Source of the DNA: a virus
Strand: one strand, 5' to 3'
Virus record (IMG/VR): IMGVR_UViG_3300028588_000820
DNA length: 64,000 bases
The position numbers were made by a program, and so were the translations under genes. Of this stretch, positions 10,061-19,421 are shown piece after piece (positions within the stretch are counted from its first letter, which is position 1; the number at the start of each line of letters is the position of its first letter). Under the pieces are notes generated by a model. That model saw nothing but the letters and a program-made list of their open reading frames with translations. It was not told the origin of the DNA and did not search any database.

Positions 10061-10090
10061 ACGGATGACGATGGAAACGTCGTTATCCGT
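10061..10090 (+). promoter_or_regulatory. 5'-leader hairpin with GAAA tetraloop
   Basis: ACGGATGACGATG-GAAA-CGTCGTTATCCGT just downstream of TGTTATAAT. Confidence 0.65.
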
Positions 10091-10105
10091 CCTAACAAAA
10101 ATAAT

Positions 10106-10429
10106 ATGTCTGACAAACTCCTCCTCGTCAAGTTCGATCTGGACTTGTACTACTCCCACGCAATTGGCGTCTTCACCATCACTGCTGACAAACTTCAACT
10201 AATCCTTGAAGAAAATCCTTCTGTTTACCTAGGCGAAATCTCTGGTAAGCACTCCGAAATCGAAGAGCGCATTGCCAGGAACCTATTGGTTCTAAGCGAT
10301 GACATCGAGTACATCAAAGACTTCCAAGCGAAGTGTGGTCTACCCGAAAGTGAAATCGGTCAAGAAGGCAAAGTGTTCGGTATCGATCCAATCTCCCACC
10401 TCGAAGAATCTGGCTTCTTCGACGACTAA
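10106..10429 (+). CDS. hypothetical protein
   Basis: YLGEISGKHSE; leader motif ACAAAAATAATATG. Confidence 0.7.
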   Translation: MSDKLLLVKFDLDLYYSHAIGVFTITADKLQLILEENPSVYLGEISGKHSEIEERIARNLLVLSDDIEYIKDFQAKCGLPESEIGQEGKVFGIDPISHLEESGFFDD

Positions 10430-10447
10430 TCCTCCCACAAAAATAAT

Positions 10448-11194
10448 ATGAAGCTATCACAAGCATCCGTTCTCAAACTCAAGACCCTGCTGCAAACCGT
10501 TTCGCTGGTCAAGATCGATCGCCTGATCATCGAACCAAACCTGATCCGTGGTGTCGATGAAGATCAAACCGTCGTCATCGTGTCGGATCAAAACGTGCCT
10601 GATTTCGGTGGTGCCAAAGTTGGTCTGAATCGTCTATCGATTCTGGCAAACCGTATCGCACTGTTCGATTCAGACGAAGCATTCGCTGTCGAAGCAGTTG
10701 AAGCACCATCCCGTGACGATGATGGCACCGACATCTCGTCGTTCAAGCTGGCATCGAAAGGTTCGAAGTTCGAATATAAGACCGCTCGTGTTGGCACCAT
10801 CAAAGCACCAAAGCGTGTTAATGATTCGTTCGTCTGGGCAGTGACTGTTCCTGTCGAAGCTGTCAAGCTGGCAATCAGCGCAGCAAACACCATGGGCAGT
10901 GATCAACTGGCTCTGGTCTCGAAAGCGTCCGGCGAAGTGCTGTTCGAAATCGTCGACAGCGCAACTCAAGACACCTTCACTACCAAGATTGCTGACGAAG
11001 CAACCTGGATTCCTGAAGATGAAGATCAGCCATCGCAATCGTTCGTTCACTACTATGCTGTCAAAGCTCTGATGCCTCTGCTGAAAGCATCGTCGGCACA
11101 AGGCGAACCAGTCCTACTGGTCGGCGAAGAAGGCATGCTGCAGGTGACAGTCAACGGCTACACCATGACCCTACTGCCACGCGAAAGCGAGTAA
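10448..11194 (+). CDS. probable sliding clamp (gp45-like)
   Basis: ~250 aa, beta/alpha pattern, between PolB and RNase H; inference. Confidence 0.55.
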   Translation: MKLSQASVLKLKTLLQTVSLVKIDRLIIEPNLIRGVDEDQTVVIVSDQNVPDFGGAKVGLNRLSILANRIALFDSDEAFAVEAVEAPSRDDDGTDISSFKLASKGSKFEYKTARVGTIKAPKRVNDSFVWAVTVPVEAVKLAISAANTMGSDQLALVSKASGEVLFEIVDSATQDTFTTKIADEATWIPEDEDQPSQSFVHYYAVKALMPLLKASSAQGEPVLLVGEEGMLQVTVNGYTMTLLPRESE

Positions 11195-11197
11195 GCA

Positions 11198-11731
11198 ATG
11201 ATGGACTTCTTGAAGAAACTATTCGGGAAGAAGGAGCAACTCGCTCCTCCATCGCCCACCGTTCTGTCGTTCACCGTTGAGGTGACCAAAGACGAAAAAG
11301 GTGAAGACGTAAACTTCGTTGGTCTTCAACTCAAGGATGCTGCTGGCTTCTTGAACTTCTTACGCAATAGTGAGTTCCCACTTGATCCGCGTCTGTACTC
11401 GGACAAGGAACTGGCTCACGTGTTCATCTATCAGTACTGCCAAAACTGGCTGGCTGATAACCTGAAACAGCCGATGTTCGTTGAGACCCATACGTTCCAA
11501 GCGCATGGTGAAATCAAGTACGAACGTGTGTGGAATACTGCATTCGCCGAATCGGTTGCTAAGGTCGGCTTCGACACTTTGCCTCCGACTGAAGACGAGA
11601 TGATGGAGATGTACATGAACTACATCTACGGCACTCGTTTGATGGAAGAAATGGAAATGGCTGAATCAGCCAATCCACAATCGGTTGCTCACCCACAGCT
11701 GACCAGCCCAGAAAATCAATTCAAAGGTTAA
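11198..11731 (+). CDS. hypothetical protein
   Basis: ORF in operon. Confidence 0.75.
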   Translation: MMDFLKKLFGKKEQLAPPSPTVLSFTVEVTKDEKGEDVNFVGLQLKDAAGFLNFLRNSEFPLDPRLYSDKELAHVFIYQYCQNWLADNLKQPMFVETHTFQAHGEIKYERVWNTAFAESVAKVGFDTLPPTEDEMMEMYMNYIYGTRLMEEMEMAESANPQSVAHPQLTSPENQFKG

Positions 11732-11737
11732 ACCCAC

Positions 11738-12760
11738 ATGGCAACCAAAATGGTTATCGACACCGCCAACCTACTGTTCCGAGTAGCAGCGGTGAATAAA
11801 GGTACGAACTTTGGTACTCCCGAGGAACAGGCTGGACTGGCGCTACACATGGCCTTCCAGACTGTCCACAAGTACTACAAGAAGTTCAAACCAGACCAGA
11901 TCGCTTTCACCTTCGAAGGTGGACGCAACTGGCGCAAGACTTACACCAAATCATCCGAAGCAGTATCAGGTAACATCTACAAAGCGAACCGTGTCAAGGA
12001 CGCTTCGATGGAGCCGTACTTCCAGATGATGGACTCATTCCGTGAAGTCATGACCGCTCACACCTCTGCAATCATTCTTCGCAATGACTTGTGTGAAGGT
12101 GACGATATGTTCGCTGCATACGTTCAGGCCAACTCTAACGGCGTAGATACGATCATCGGCATTTCTGGCGATAGAGACTTCGTCCAATTGTTGAAGTTCC
12201 CTGGCTTCCGCCTGATCAATCCTGACAATGGCAAAGATCGCAATCAGCCAGGCGACAAAGAGTACTACGACGACATCGACTACTTCGTGTTCAAGAAGTG
12301 TGTCCGAGGCGATATGGGTGACTATGTGTTCAGCGCATATCCTCGTGTTCGCGAAGACAAGATCAAGAAGGCATATGCTGATCCACTGTACCGCGCGGAG
12401 TTCATGCGCAATACGTGGGACATCAAGGATGATGACGGCAACGTCGTGAAGACCAATGTGGTCGGTGAACTCTTCGAAGAGAATCGCCTACTGATGGACT
12501 TGACTGCCCAGCCAGACAACATCCGCGAACTGATGATGCAAACGGTTCGTGAAGCCGAAGCCAATATCGGTACGTACAGCAACTTCCACTTCCTACGATT
12601 CCTCGGCAAAAACGGTTTGAACACCATTGCCGAACACATCGACCAGTATACCGAGATGCTTTGCGCAAATACTCGATACAAGAAGAAGCTGGAACAAATC
12701 GCTGCTGGTGAACTTCCACCAGAGCCAGTCAAAGTAAAGAAAGTTCTACTGGATTTCTAA
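11738..12760 (+). CDS. rnh: T4 RNase H-like 5'-3' exonuclease (FEN family)
   Basis: IDTANL, NWRK, YKANR, EGDD, SGDRDFVQL, RGDxGD, NRxLMDL. Confidence 0.92.
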   Translation: MATKMVIDTANLLFRVAAVNKGTNFGTPEEQAGLALHMAFQTVHKYYKKFKPDQIAFTFEGGRNWRKTYTKSSEAVSGNIYKANRVKDASMEPYFQMMDSFREVMTAHTSAIILRNDLCEGDDMFAAYVQANSNGVDTIIGISGDRDFVQLLKFPGFRLINPDNGKDRNQPGDKEYYDDIDYFVFKKCVRGDMGDYVFSAYPRVREDKIKKAYADPLYRAEFMRNTWDIKDDDGNVVKTNVVGELFEENRLLMDLTAQPDNIRELMMQTVREAEANIGTYSNFHFLRFLGKNGLNTIAEHIDQYTEMLCANTRYKKKLEQIAAGELPPEPVKVKKVLLDF

Positions 12761-12761
12761 C

Positions 12762-13118
12762 ATGTCCGACGATACCTGGAATAGACAGATTCAAACTGAA
12801 AAAGGCAAGTACATGCAAAAGCTGTTTCCATACCGCGATGCATATCTTGCCGACTCCGACCTGGCTGAGCTAGTCGACGCCATTGCAACATCAGCAGCTA
12901 CACGTGCGCTGAATGCAGCGTATGGCGGTGAACACAATGATGGAGGTGCAAGCTCTGAGATTCGTCAGCTAAGTGCCTTCCTTGACGGTGTGCTTTACGC
13001 TGAGACTGGCAAGCTGCTAGGCCCATATGCTGAAGCGCTGAAGAACATCAAGATGCAACAAGACCCAGAGTACCAGAAGTTCTTGGAACTCAAGAAGAAA
13101 TTCGAAGGCAAAGAATGA
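12762..13118 (+). CDS. hypothetical protein
   Basis: C-terminal DPEYQKFLELKKKF. Confidence 0.7.
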   Translation: MSDDTWNRQIQTEKGKYMQKLFPYRDAYLADSDLAELVDAIATSAATRALNAAYGGEHNDGGASSEIRQLSAFLDGVLYAETGKLLGPYAEALKNIKMQQDPEYQKFLELKKKFEGKE

Positions 13119-13471
13119 GCTCACGCTACGCAATCCATCCAATGGAACAGAAGTTTCGTGAAGACATGATCGAGCAAGCGAAACGGGATGCTTATATCAA
13201 AGATATTTTTGCCGAGTGTGAAGAGCTAGGAATTACCGAACCTTCACGCATCGCCAAACGTGCATTCATCATGGGTCAGTATTATGAGAACCTAAAGAAG
13301 GCTGTGGTTCCGCGTCCTAATCCGATTCGCACGTACGAAGAATGGCTTGATACAAAAGTCGGCGCAATGGTCGAAGATACTGAAATCTGCATCCGTCACT
13401 ACATCGGCCCAGACCAGCACATGATCGCAAAGCTCGTCTACGAAACCTTGATGAAAGAACTTGCAAAATGA
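13115..13471 (+). CDS. hypothetical protein
   Basis: ATGA coupling on both sides. Confidence 0.7.
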   Translation: MSSRYAIHPMEQKFREDMIEQAKRDAYIKDIFAECEELGITEPSRIAKRAFIMGQYYENLKKAVVPRPNPIRTYEEWLDTKVGAMVEDTEICIRHYIGPDQHMIAKLVYETLMKELAK

Positions 13472-13791
13472 TTGCGATGTTGTTCCTGATGATTGTGGGA
13501 CATTACTTGGCAGATTATCCTCTCCAAGGGGATTTTCTAGCCAAGGCAAAGAATCGCAATACCGATGTTGGTAAGGAACATTGGGTTCATGCCTTAACGG
13601 CGCACTCAATGATCCATGCAGGCATGGTTGCGATGGTTACCGGAAATATGTGGCTCGGTCTAGCTGAAGCCATTGTTCATGGTAGTACCGACTTCCTTAA
13701 GTGTGAAGGTAAGATTTCTCTGAACCAAGACCAAGCAATCCATTTAGTAAGTAAAGTGGTTTGGGCAGTTTTTGCTGTCTGGTTCGCATAA
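13468..13791 (+). CDS. DUF3307-like His-rich membrane protein
   Basis: GHYLADYPLQ, HxxIH, HxxxDxxK, DQxxH. Confidence 0.75.
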   Translation: MIAMLFLMIVGHYLADYPLQGDFLAKAKNRNTDVGKEHWVHALTAHSMIHAGMVAMVTGNMWLGLAEAIVHGSTDFLKCEGKISLNQDQAIHLVSKVVWAVFAVWFA

Positions 13792-13804
13792 AGATTAGGA
13801 AGCA

Positions 13805-13842
13805 GTGTACAACGTTAAAAAGGCTGGGTATGATTGCTACAT
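13805..13842 (+). promoter_or_regulatory. early promoter
   Basis: GTGTACA-N17-TATGAT-TGCTACAT; matches copies at 34565, 34977 and 47364. Confidence 0.8.
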
Positions 13843-13867
13843 CGTTAACCACATAGTGGAGATTGCA

Positions 13868-14068
13868 ATGAGCACCAACAACCCAGACCAGCCAAGCGTT
13901 TACCAATTCGCGATCAACAATGTCAAGGCTCGCATCCGCGGCGACGAGAACAAGTCGAAGGCTGAACAAGGCACTGGCGCCCTGACCGCTTTCGCTGCAG
14001 CCGATATCCTGGCTACGGCGTTCATGAAGCCGTACGGTGAAGTCGTCAGCGACCTGATCCGAGTCTAA
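13868..14068 (+). CDS. early hypothetical protein
   Basis: GGAG SD before ATG13868; the GTG13805 start lies inside the promoter. Confidence 0.7.
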   Translation: MSTNNPDQPSVYQFAINNVKARIRGDENKSKAEQGTGALTAFAAADILATAFMKPYGEVVSDLIRV

Positions 14069-14070
14069 TC

Positions 14071-14388
14071 ATGCCAACCAACCATGTCTCGGGAGTAGCC
14101 GATCTTCGCCGTGCGAATCTCAGAGCATGGATGGAAGGCAAGCGCATTCCCAAGGAAGAGAGAAGTTATTTCAGTCAACTTCTCTCTGGCTCGGCTTCGT
14201 TCGGTGAGCGTGCAGCTCGTCGCATCGAGAATGATTACGGAATGGAAAAGGGTTTTCTTGACCTCCCAATCGTTAATGAACCTGAAAAAGAACGATCCAA
14301 AGAGGAAATAATCAACATCATCGTTCAAAAGTTGGGTAAAATGTCTGTACGCAAACTAACAGCGCTATCGACGTTGTTGGACGAATAA
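14071..14388 (+). CDS. CI/Cro-like HTH protein without S24 peptidase domain
   Basis: RRANLRAW...SYFSQLLSGSASFGERAARRIENDYGM...LD, typical of prophage repressor N-domains. Confidence 0.7.
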   Translation: MPTNHVSGVADLRRANLRAWMEGKRIPKEERSYFSQLLSGSASFGERAARRIENDYGMEKGFLDLPIVNEPEKERSKEEIINIIVQKLGKMSVRKLTALSTLLDE

Positions 14389-14410
14389 TATAGACATAGG
14401 AGTAGTAGAA

Positions 14411-14590
14411 ATGCTGTGGTACCTGTTTAAGCTGAAGAGCACCAATTTCGTTATCGTCATGGCTCAAACCCGTGATGCAGCAAAGGAAAAGTTCAAGGCC
14501 GTATGGCCGAACGAGAAAGCCAAGGTCGCTGAAGCCGGTGACGATCCAAACGACATGCCGGAAGGCGCCATCGAAATTCTGCACGCATGA
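14411..14590 (+). CDS. small hypothetical protein (59 aa, not in ORF track)
   Basis: TAGGAG SD, ATG14411-TGA14590, ATGA-coupled to next gene. Confidence 0.7.
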   Translation: MLWYLFKLKSTNFVIVMAQTRDAAKEKFKAVWPNEKAKVAEAGDDPNDMPEGAIEILHA

Positions 14591-14940
14591 AAAACATCGC
14601 CGAGGTGTCACCAACCCGCCTCATGGAACTTGCCATTCAGGCCGGCCATGAGAATCCTGATCAGATGAAGCCGAACGTAATTTCGGAAGCGCAGCAGGCA
14701 ATCTACACCAAGTTCGCCAATCTGATTGGTGCGGCACTGCAAGAAGTTGGTGGCAATGCGATCGACTTGATGTTGACATATATCGACGACCTAACGATCG
14801 AAGCTGGAGATTCGTTCTACGTGATCGACTTCAAAACTCCAGGTGCAACCATCGATACGATGGCTTTGTATCGTTCGGAGAAGCGTAAAGGAATGTACTA
14901 TCATTTCACCGCGCTGATCGCAAAAGAACTTCGCGAATAA
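14587..14940 (+). CDS. hypothetical protein
   Basis: Last gene before terminator. Confidence 0.7.
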   Translation: MKNIAEVSPTRLMELAIQAGHENPDQMKPNVISEAQQAIYTKFANLIGAALQEVGGNAIDLMLTYIDDLTIEAGDSFYVIDFKTPGATIDTMALYRSEKRKGMYYHFTALIAKELRE

Positions 14941-14956
14941 GCCGTTTCACAAAAAC

Positions 14957-14983
14957 AAAAAAGGACCCATTGGGTCCTTTTTT
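14957..14983. terminator. bidirectional intrinsic terminator
   Basis: AAAAAAGGACCCATTGGGTCCTTTTTT between convergent genes. Confidence 0.9.
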
Positions 14984-14994
14984 GTGTTTCTCAT

Positions 14995-15091
14995 AAGCTT
15001 CTGCGTTGCCTAGTCCGTAGACCACAACCCCATACTGTTACCGCATCCAATTACATCCCTAGGGAATCCTCTTATACGGTGCAGTCGCTTT
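14995..15091 (-). ncRNA. candidate structured RNA or 3'UTR element
   Basis: Two stems, one with a C-UACG-G tetraloop, closed by AAGC/GCUU. Confidence 0.35.
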
Positions 15092-15097
15092 AATCGA

Positions 15098-15538
15098 TTA
15101 GCCTAGATCAGCTGGGATCGCTTCAGCTGGGTTGCTGAATTCCATACCTGGCATCTTGGTGTCTTTCGAGATCGAAGCTGCAGCTAGACCACCACCAAAC
15201 TGGGTTGAAGTGGTACCGGTACCGCGCTTGACTTTGATTAGGTTTGAGTGGAAGAAATCTAGAGCGTTCATGCCGTTCTCTAGTTTTGACTGAGCTAGTA
15301 GTTCCCATAGTGGGTACTTGTCAGCGTGCTGCGAAGTCACGATGCGCTTTAGGCGAGCTTTATCGATCACGTCTAGTGGAGCGATATCGATGTAGTGTAG
15401 GGTGCCATCTTCAGCGCGCTTGACAACCGCGATTTCTTCCAGAACACCGTCGTTATTCACGTCGACGTATTCGATGTGATTTAGGGTTGGAGCTGCCTTA
15501 GGAGCAGCGGCTTGACGGGTTGATAGTTGGTTCTTCAT
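15098..15538 (-). CDS. late hypothetical protein
   Basis: AGGAG SD, TATAAATA promoter at 15575-15582, 13 of 14 Leu codons are CTA. Confidence 0.85.
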   Translation of the reverse strand: MKNQLSTRQAAAPKAAPTLNHIEYVDVNNDGVLEEIAVVKRAEDGTLHYIDIAPLDVIDKARLKRIVTSQHADKYPLWELLAQSKLENGMNALDFFHSNLIKVKRGTGTTSTQFGGGLAAASISKDTKMPGMEFSNPAEAIPADLG

Positions 15539-15713
15539 TTGTTCTCCTGTTATTTGAGATGGAATTTATGTTTATATTTATAGCCCCAGGAAGCGGTCTG
15601 TTTTGCTTCGTGGAGAACGCAATCTGCATAATTCTATTTATCTAGCGAAAAAAGCTCACTTTTAGGAGTTTCCGCAATAAAATACGTCGTACCCTATACT
15701 CCACAAAAATAAT

Positions 15714-15926
15714 ATGAACGACCTCGAACATCAATACTTGTTCGACAAAGTCGTTTCGGCTGCCGCTGAAATGGTTTATGTCGAAGCCAATATCACGTTG
15801 GATGAAGCCAAGAAGCGCGCATCCGATGCTCTGACCGCACTCTGGTCCTATGACCTTTCGCGCAACCTCAACAAGCGAGGTGTAATCGCCGAGCTCACCA
15901 AATCCATTGCAGACCAAATCAAATAA
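15714..15926 (+). CDS. hypothetical protein
   Basis: Leader ACAAAAATAATATG. Confidence 0.7.
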   Translation: MNDLEHQYLFDKVVSAAAEMVYVEANITLDEAKKRASDALTALWSYDLSRNLNKRGVIAELTKSIADQIK

Positions 15927-15927
15927 T

Positions 15928-17127
15928 ATGAACGCAAAAACTTTGCTTCGAGACTTTGTCTCTTCTATCACGACACCGACAATTCAACGTCGGCAAGTGA
16001 TGGAATACTTCAGCACCAAAGGTGACCTCGAGCGTATGCTCAACATCATCAAGGCGACCTGCGCCGATGCGATCGTATCGACCGAGCCAACCGTGTACAA
16101 CACCGACAAATTCATGAAATGTGTCGAAGCTATCAGCGATGATGCGGTTGCTGCTCCAGCACAACTTGAAGCAAAGCCAGCGTTCAATGTCGTCGATGGG
16201 CGTGCTGATCCGAACCAGCCAGATGTTATCAAAACGGCATCATATCTGGAACTTGAAGAACTGATCGATCCGCAGTACCCGATCAACATCTATGTCACTG
16301 GCGAGACCGGCCTCGGCAAGACGACTTCGATCTTCGCGATCGGCAAGAAGTTCAATAAGCCAGTGGTTCGCGTGAACATGTCCGGCTCCACCGACCTGGA
16401 TGACTTGATCGGCGGTATCCGTATCGTTGATGGCAACACCGTCTTCGATCCTGGTCCAGTCGCTCTTGCAATGGAGATGGGCGCGATCCTTTTGCTTGAC
16501 GAATGCGATGCTGGTAAGCCGCAAGTCATGATCGACCTCCACCCAGTCCTCGAGCGTAAAGGCGTCCTCGCCAAGAAAGCTCGCAAGATGATCTACCCAG
16601 CACCCGGGTTCTGTGTCATCGCAACCGGTAACTCGAAAGGCTCGGGTGATGTAACTGGTAAATACATTGGTGTAAATACCATGAATCACGCGTTCATGCA
16701 ACGCTTCGCCGCCGTTGTAGACTTCATAGCGCCCAATCGTGTTGAGATTGAGCATATCATCAGAGGTAACCAACCGAAGCTCCCTTACTCCGTCCTGGCG
16801 AACCTGTGCAACTGGTATCAGCACGTTCGCGAGTCGTACGAAGCTGGCACCGTATCTGAGTACATCAATGCTCGTAAGATGCAAGACATCGCAGCCATTT
16901 GCATGATCTATCGTGCGAAGAACGGTACCGACACTTGCGTCTTGAAAGCTCTGCGCAAAGCGCTTGCTCAATACGAACAATCGGTGGTCGATGCTCTGGT
17001 TCAACTGTACGACACGATCGTCGAAGACATCGACGAAAAGCAAGCACTGCAAGCGGCATCGGCACCGAGCCAACTTGCATCCGAACCAGCTCGGGTTGAC
17101 GAGACTGGACAGCCAATCCCATTCTAA
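15928..17127 (+). CDS. CobS/MoxR-like AAA+ ATPase
   Basis: GETGLGKT, DDLIGG, LLLDECD, IATGNSKG, AFMQRF; start ATG15928. Confidence 0.9.
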   Translation: MNAKTLLRDFVSSITTPTIQRRQVMEYFSTKGDLERMLNIIKATCADAIVSTEPTVYNTDKFMKCVEAISDDAVAAPAQLEAKPAFNVVDGRADPNQPDVIKTASYLELEELIDPQYPINIYVTGETGLGKTTSIFAIGKKFNKPVVRVNMSGSTDLDDLIGGIRIVDGNTVFDPGPVALAMEMGAILLLDECDAGKPQVMIDLHPVLERKGVLAKKARKMIYPAPGFCVIATGNSKGSGDVTGKYIGVNTMNHAFMQRFAAVVDFIAPNRVEIEHIIRGNQPKLPYSVLANLCNWYQHVRESYEAGTVSEYINARKMQDIAAICMIYRAKNGTDTCVLKALRKALAQYEQSVVDALVQLYDTIVEDIDEKQALQAASAPSQLASEPARVDETGQPIPF

Positions 17128-17129
17128 AC

Positions 17130-17369
17130 ATGATGCATAATCCTAAAATCGAAACCAAGCTGATGCTCGGTACCACTGAAATAGCAAAAGCTTTCTTGCT
17201 TGTTGTTCCAGATCGTGCCGAACGCATCGACATCGACGGCGCCGAGTACCAAGTTCTGGAACGTCGCTTTCATCTGAAGACTTCATACAACGGCGGCACG
17301 CCTTGCGGCTTCTCGCAATCTTGCACCCTTACCGTCAAGGCATTTAAACAGCCCACCCTGAATTGCTGA
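17130..17369 (+). CDS. hypothetical protein
   Basis: Between AAA+ and vWA genes. Confidence 0.65.
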   Translation: MMHNPKIETKLMLGTTEIAKAFLLVVPDRAERIDIDGAEYQVLERRFHLKTSYNGGTPCGFSQSCTLTVKAFKQPTLNC

Positions 17370-17370
17370 C

Positions 17371-19371
17371 ATGAACAAGAATCTTAAACCTGCAATCTCG
17401 AAGTCCGCTATGATGCTGCGGAACATGTATGACCTGTATGCGAAGATGCTTGCCGTCGAAAACATCCAGGTTGTCTTCGACGAAGCGATCGATGCTCCGG
17501 CGCAGTTCGACATTCTGAACCGAATTCTGTACATCGCGCCGGTTCATGCTACGCAGGTTGAATTGATTCCTGGCCTCGTGATTCATGAAGTCGGTCATGC
17601 TCTGTTCTCGACACTCACGCCAGAAGAACTGAAGAAGCTCAAGCGGATTTCGAAGTTGCTGAACATCATCGATGACGGCTATCAAGAACGAATGATGTGC
17701 AAGAAGTACGCGAACTCCAAGAAGCATTTGTTCACGATCTTCGACCACTTCTTCTTGCAGTTGAAGGAAGATGTTTATAACACGCCTAACAAGCTCGTAA
17801 ACATTGTCAACATCCTGAACTTCAACTGCAAGGGCTTTAAACATGGTCACTACAAAAAGTATCCATCGTATGTCCTTGAAGAGGACGTAAAGCTGCTTCA
17901 AGAGGCAGAGCAAATCGCTTTGCCAAAACTGATTGAACGCGATGAGTTCGCCAAGAAACTTGCACAAGCTTTGAAGAAGTACGGTGATATGGCCGAAGAT
18001 GGTACAGACTTGGATTCCGGGAAAGGAAAAGATTCTAAGTCTGGCCCGACTGACAAAGGCGAGCCAGATGACGCCGATGGTGAATCCGAAGATGGTGAAT
18101 CCGAAGATGGTGAATCCGAAGATGGCGAAAGTGGCGAGAGCGGCGATGATGCGGATGACGAGAGCGACCAGACTGGTGCTGGTGGCAATGGAGCTGCTGA
18201 AGACGATGTCGAAGAAATGCTCGAGAAGAACTCGGACAAGCTGAACGACCATCACAAGAAGTTTGAGCAAAACATGGGCGGCGCCGGGTCCTATGAATTG
18301 CCAACTGGCAAAGAGATTCTGGACTTCAGTCGCGTCATAGACATCTACGAGAAAGATAGTCAGGTTGACAGAGCCATAGCCAATGCCGGTGTGGACATTG
18401 CTGACAAGTATCGTCGTTGCCAGAAAGAGGCGAAACGTGTCGCGACCCAAATCTTCACGAAGTTCAATATGCGCCTTCAAGCGCAGAACTACGCGAACAC
18501 TCAGTTCAAGAAATCTGGTTCGCTTGATCCAGAACGCTGCGCTCTGTACCAAGTCTACGATGACGTCTTCGTCAAAGAAGCAATCGAGCCAAATCAAGTG
18601 AACAACGCTTACTCTGTGATCCTTGACTGGAGTGGTTCGATGAACAGTTCGGTCTATGCTCTGGTCCTCCGGATCATGGAGCTGACCTACTTCGCGAAGA
18701 TGGCCAACGTCGAAATCGAAGTTTGGATGTACACGACCAATGACGGAGCAGTCAGCTACAAGGGATGTCGTCGCAACATCGCTTTGACCAATTCGAAGAT
18801 GATCAAGGTCTTGAATACGAAGCAGCACAATCAGCTCGAGACCGAGACTCGACTGAAGCATCTCTGGTACATCACGCGCACCATCACGAACATGTCGCCA
18901 AAGCTTCAAGGTATTGACGGCTATACGTCGAGATATACCCTTAGCGGAACAAACATCCTTGAGGGCTTGATTCTTGGTCATTATGTTCTGTCTAAGATGG
19001 ACGCTGAGAAGAAGGCTTGCTTCTTGCTTACAGATGGCGATGACACGAGCGTGTTCAACGTTCTGTATCGTGCGGACGGCGGCCCATCCAAGAACTATGC
19101 CCCAGATGCGAAGATTTATTTGCATGGAATCAACGTGTCGCAGGCGTATAAGCGGAACCATGTGCGAGCATCGTCCTCAGCAGCGATAGCAGAGCTTTAC
19201 GCTGCGGCTGGTCAGAAAACTATTGGCATCGCATGGAATTGCCAGGGCGCCGCTATGGATGGCTATGCACACAATGTGATTCGTGTGTCTACCGGCGCGC
19301 AAGTGATTGAAGATGGCTACATCCATGCGCCGAATGTCTTCGTGGACGAAGTCGTCAAAAATTTGCTGTGA
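17371..19371 (+). CDS. CobT-like protein: HExxH domain, acidic linker, vWA domain
   Basis: HEVGHAL; DE-rich linker; LDWSGSM MIDAS; LLTDGD. Confidence 0.88.
   Translation: MNKNLKPAISKSAMMLRNMYDLYAKMLAVENIQVVFDEAIDAPAQFDILNRILYIAPVHATQVELIPGLVIHEVGHALFSTLTPEELKKLKRISKLLNIIDDGYQERMMCKKYANSKKHLFTIFDHFFLQLKEDVYNTPNKLVNIVNILNFNCKGFKHGHYKKYPSYVLEEDVKLLQEAEQIALPKLIERDEFAKKLAQALKKYGDMAEDGTDLDSGKGKDSKSGPTDKGEPDDADGESEDGESEDGESEDGESGESGDDADDESDQTGAGGNGAAEDDVEEMLEKNSDKLNDHHKKFEQNMGGAGSYELPTGKEILDFSRVIDIYEKDSQVDRAIANAGVDIADKYRRCQKEAKRVATQIFTKFNMRLQAQNYANTQFKKSGSLDPERCALYQVYDDVFVKEAIEPNQVNNAYSVILDWSGSMNSSVYALVLRIMELTYFAKMANVEIEVWMYTTNDGAVSYKGCRRNIALTNSKMIKVLNTKQHNQLETETRLKHLWYITRTITNMSPKLQGIDGYTSRYTLSGTNILEGLILGHYVLSKMDAEKKACFLLTDGDDTSVFNVLYRADGGPSKNYAPDAKIYLHGINVSQAYKRNHVRASSSAAIAELYAAAGQKTIGIAWNCQGAAMDGYAHNVIRVSTGAQVIEDGYIHAPNVFVDEVVKNLL
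18076..18120 (+). repeat. 15-bp tandem repeat x3 (DGESE)
   Basis: GATGGTGAATCCGAA x3 plus a degenerate fourth copy. Confidence 0.95.
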
Positions 19372-19421
19372 TTAGATTTCATATGTTATAATTGTTCCAA
19401 TTGGAAATAGAGAGAACAAAA

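Noticed and set aside
13805-13867. Track starts at GTG13805, TTG47382, GTG27075, TTG19392 and GTG21237
   Set aside because: They overlap promoters or leaders; downstream ATGs fit better
14995-15091. tRNA, tmRNA or hammerhead ribozyme
   Set aside because: No T-loop GTTCRA/CCA end, tag ORF or CUGANGA/GAAA core; kept only as a generic structured-RNA candidate
17344-19161. 605-aa ORF on the - strand (also 16240-17073, 19386-19895 and many shorter ones)
   Set aside because: Antisense shadows of well-supported genes; no SD, promoter or motifs; expected from codon bias
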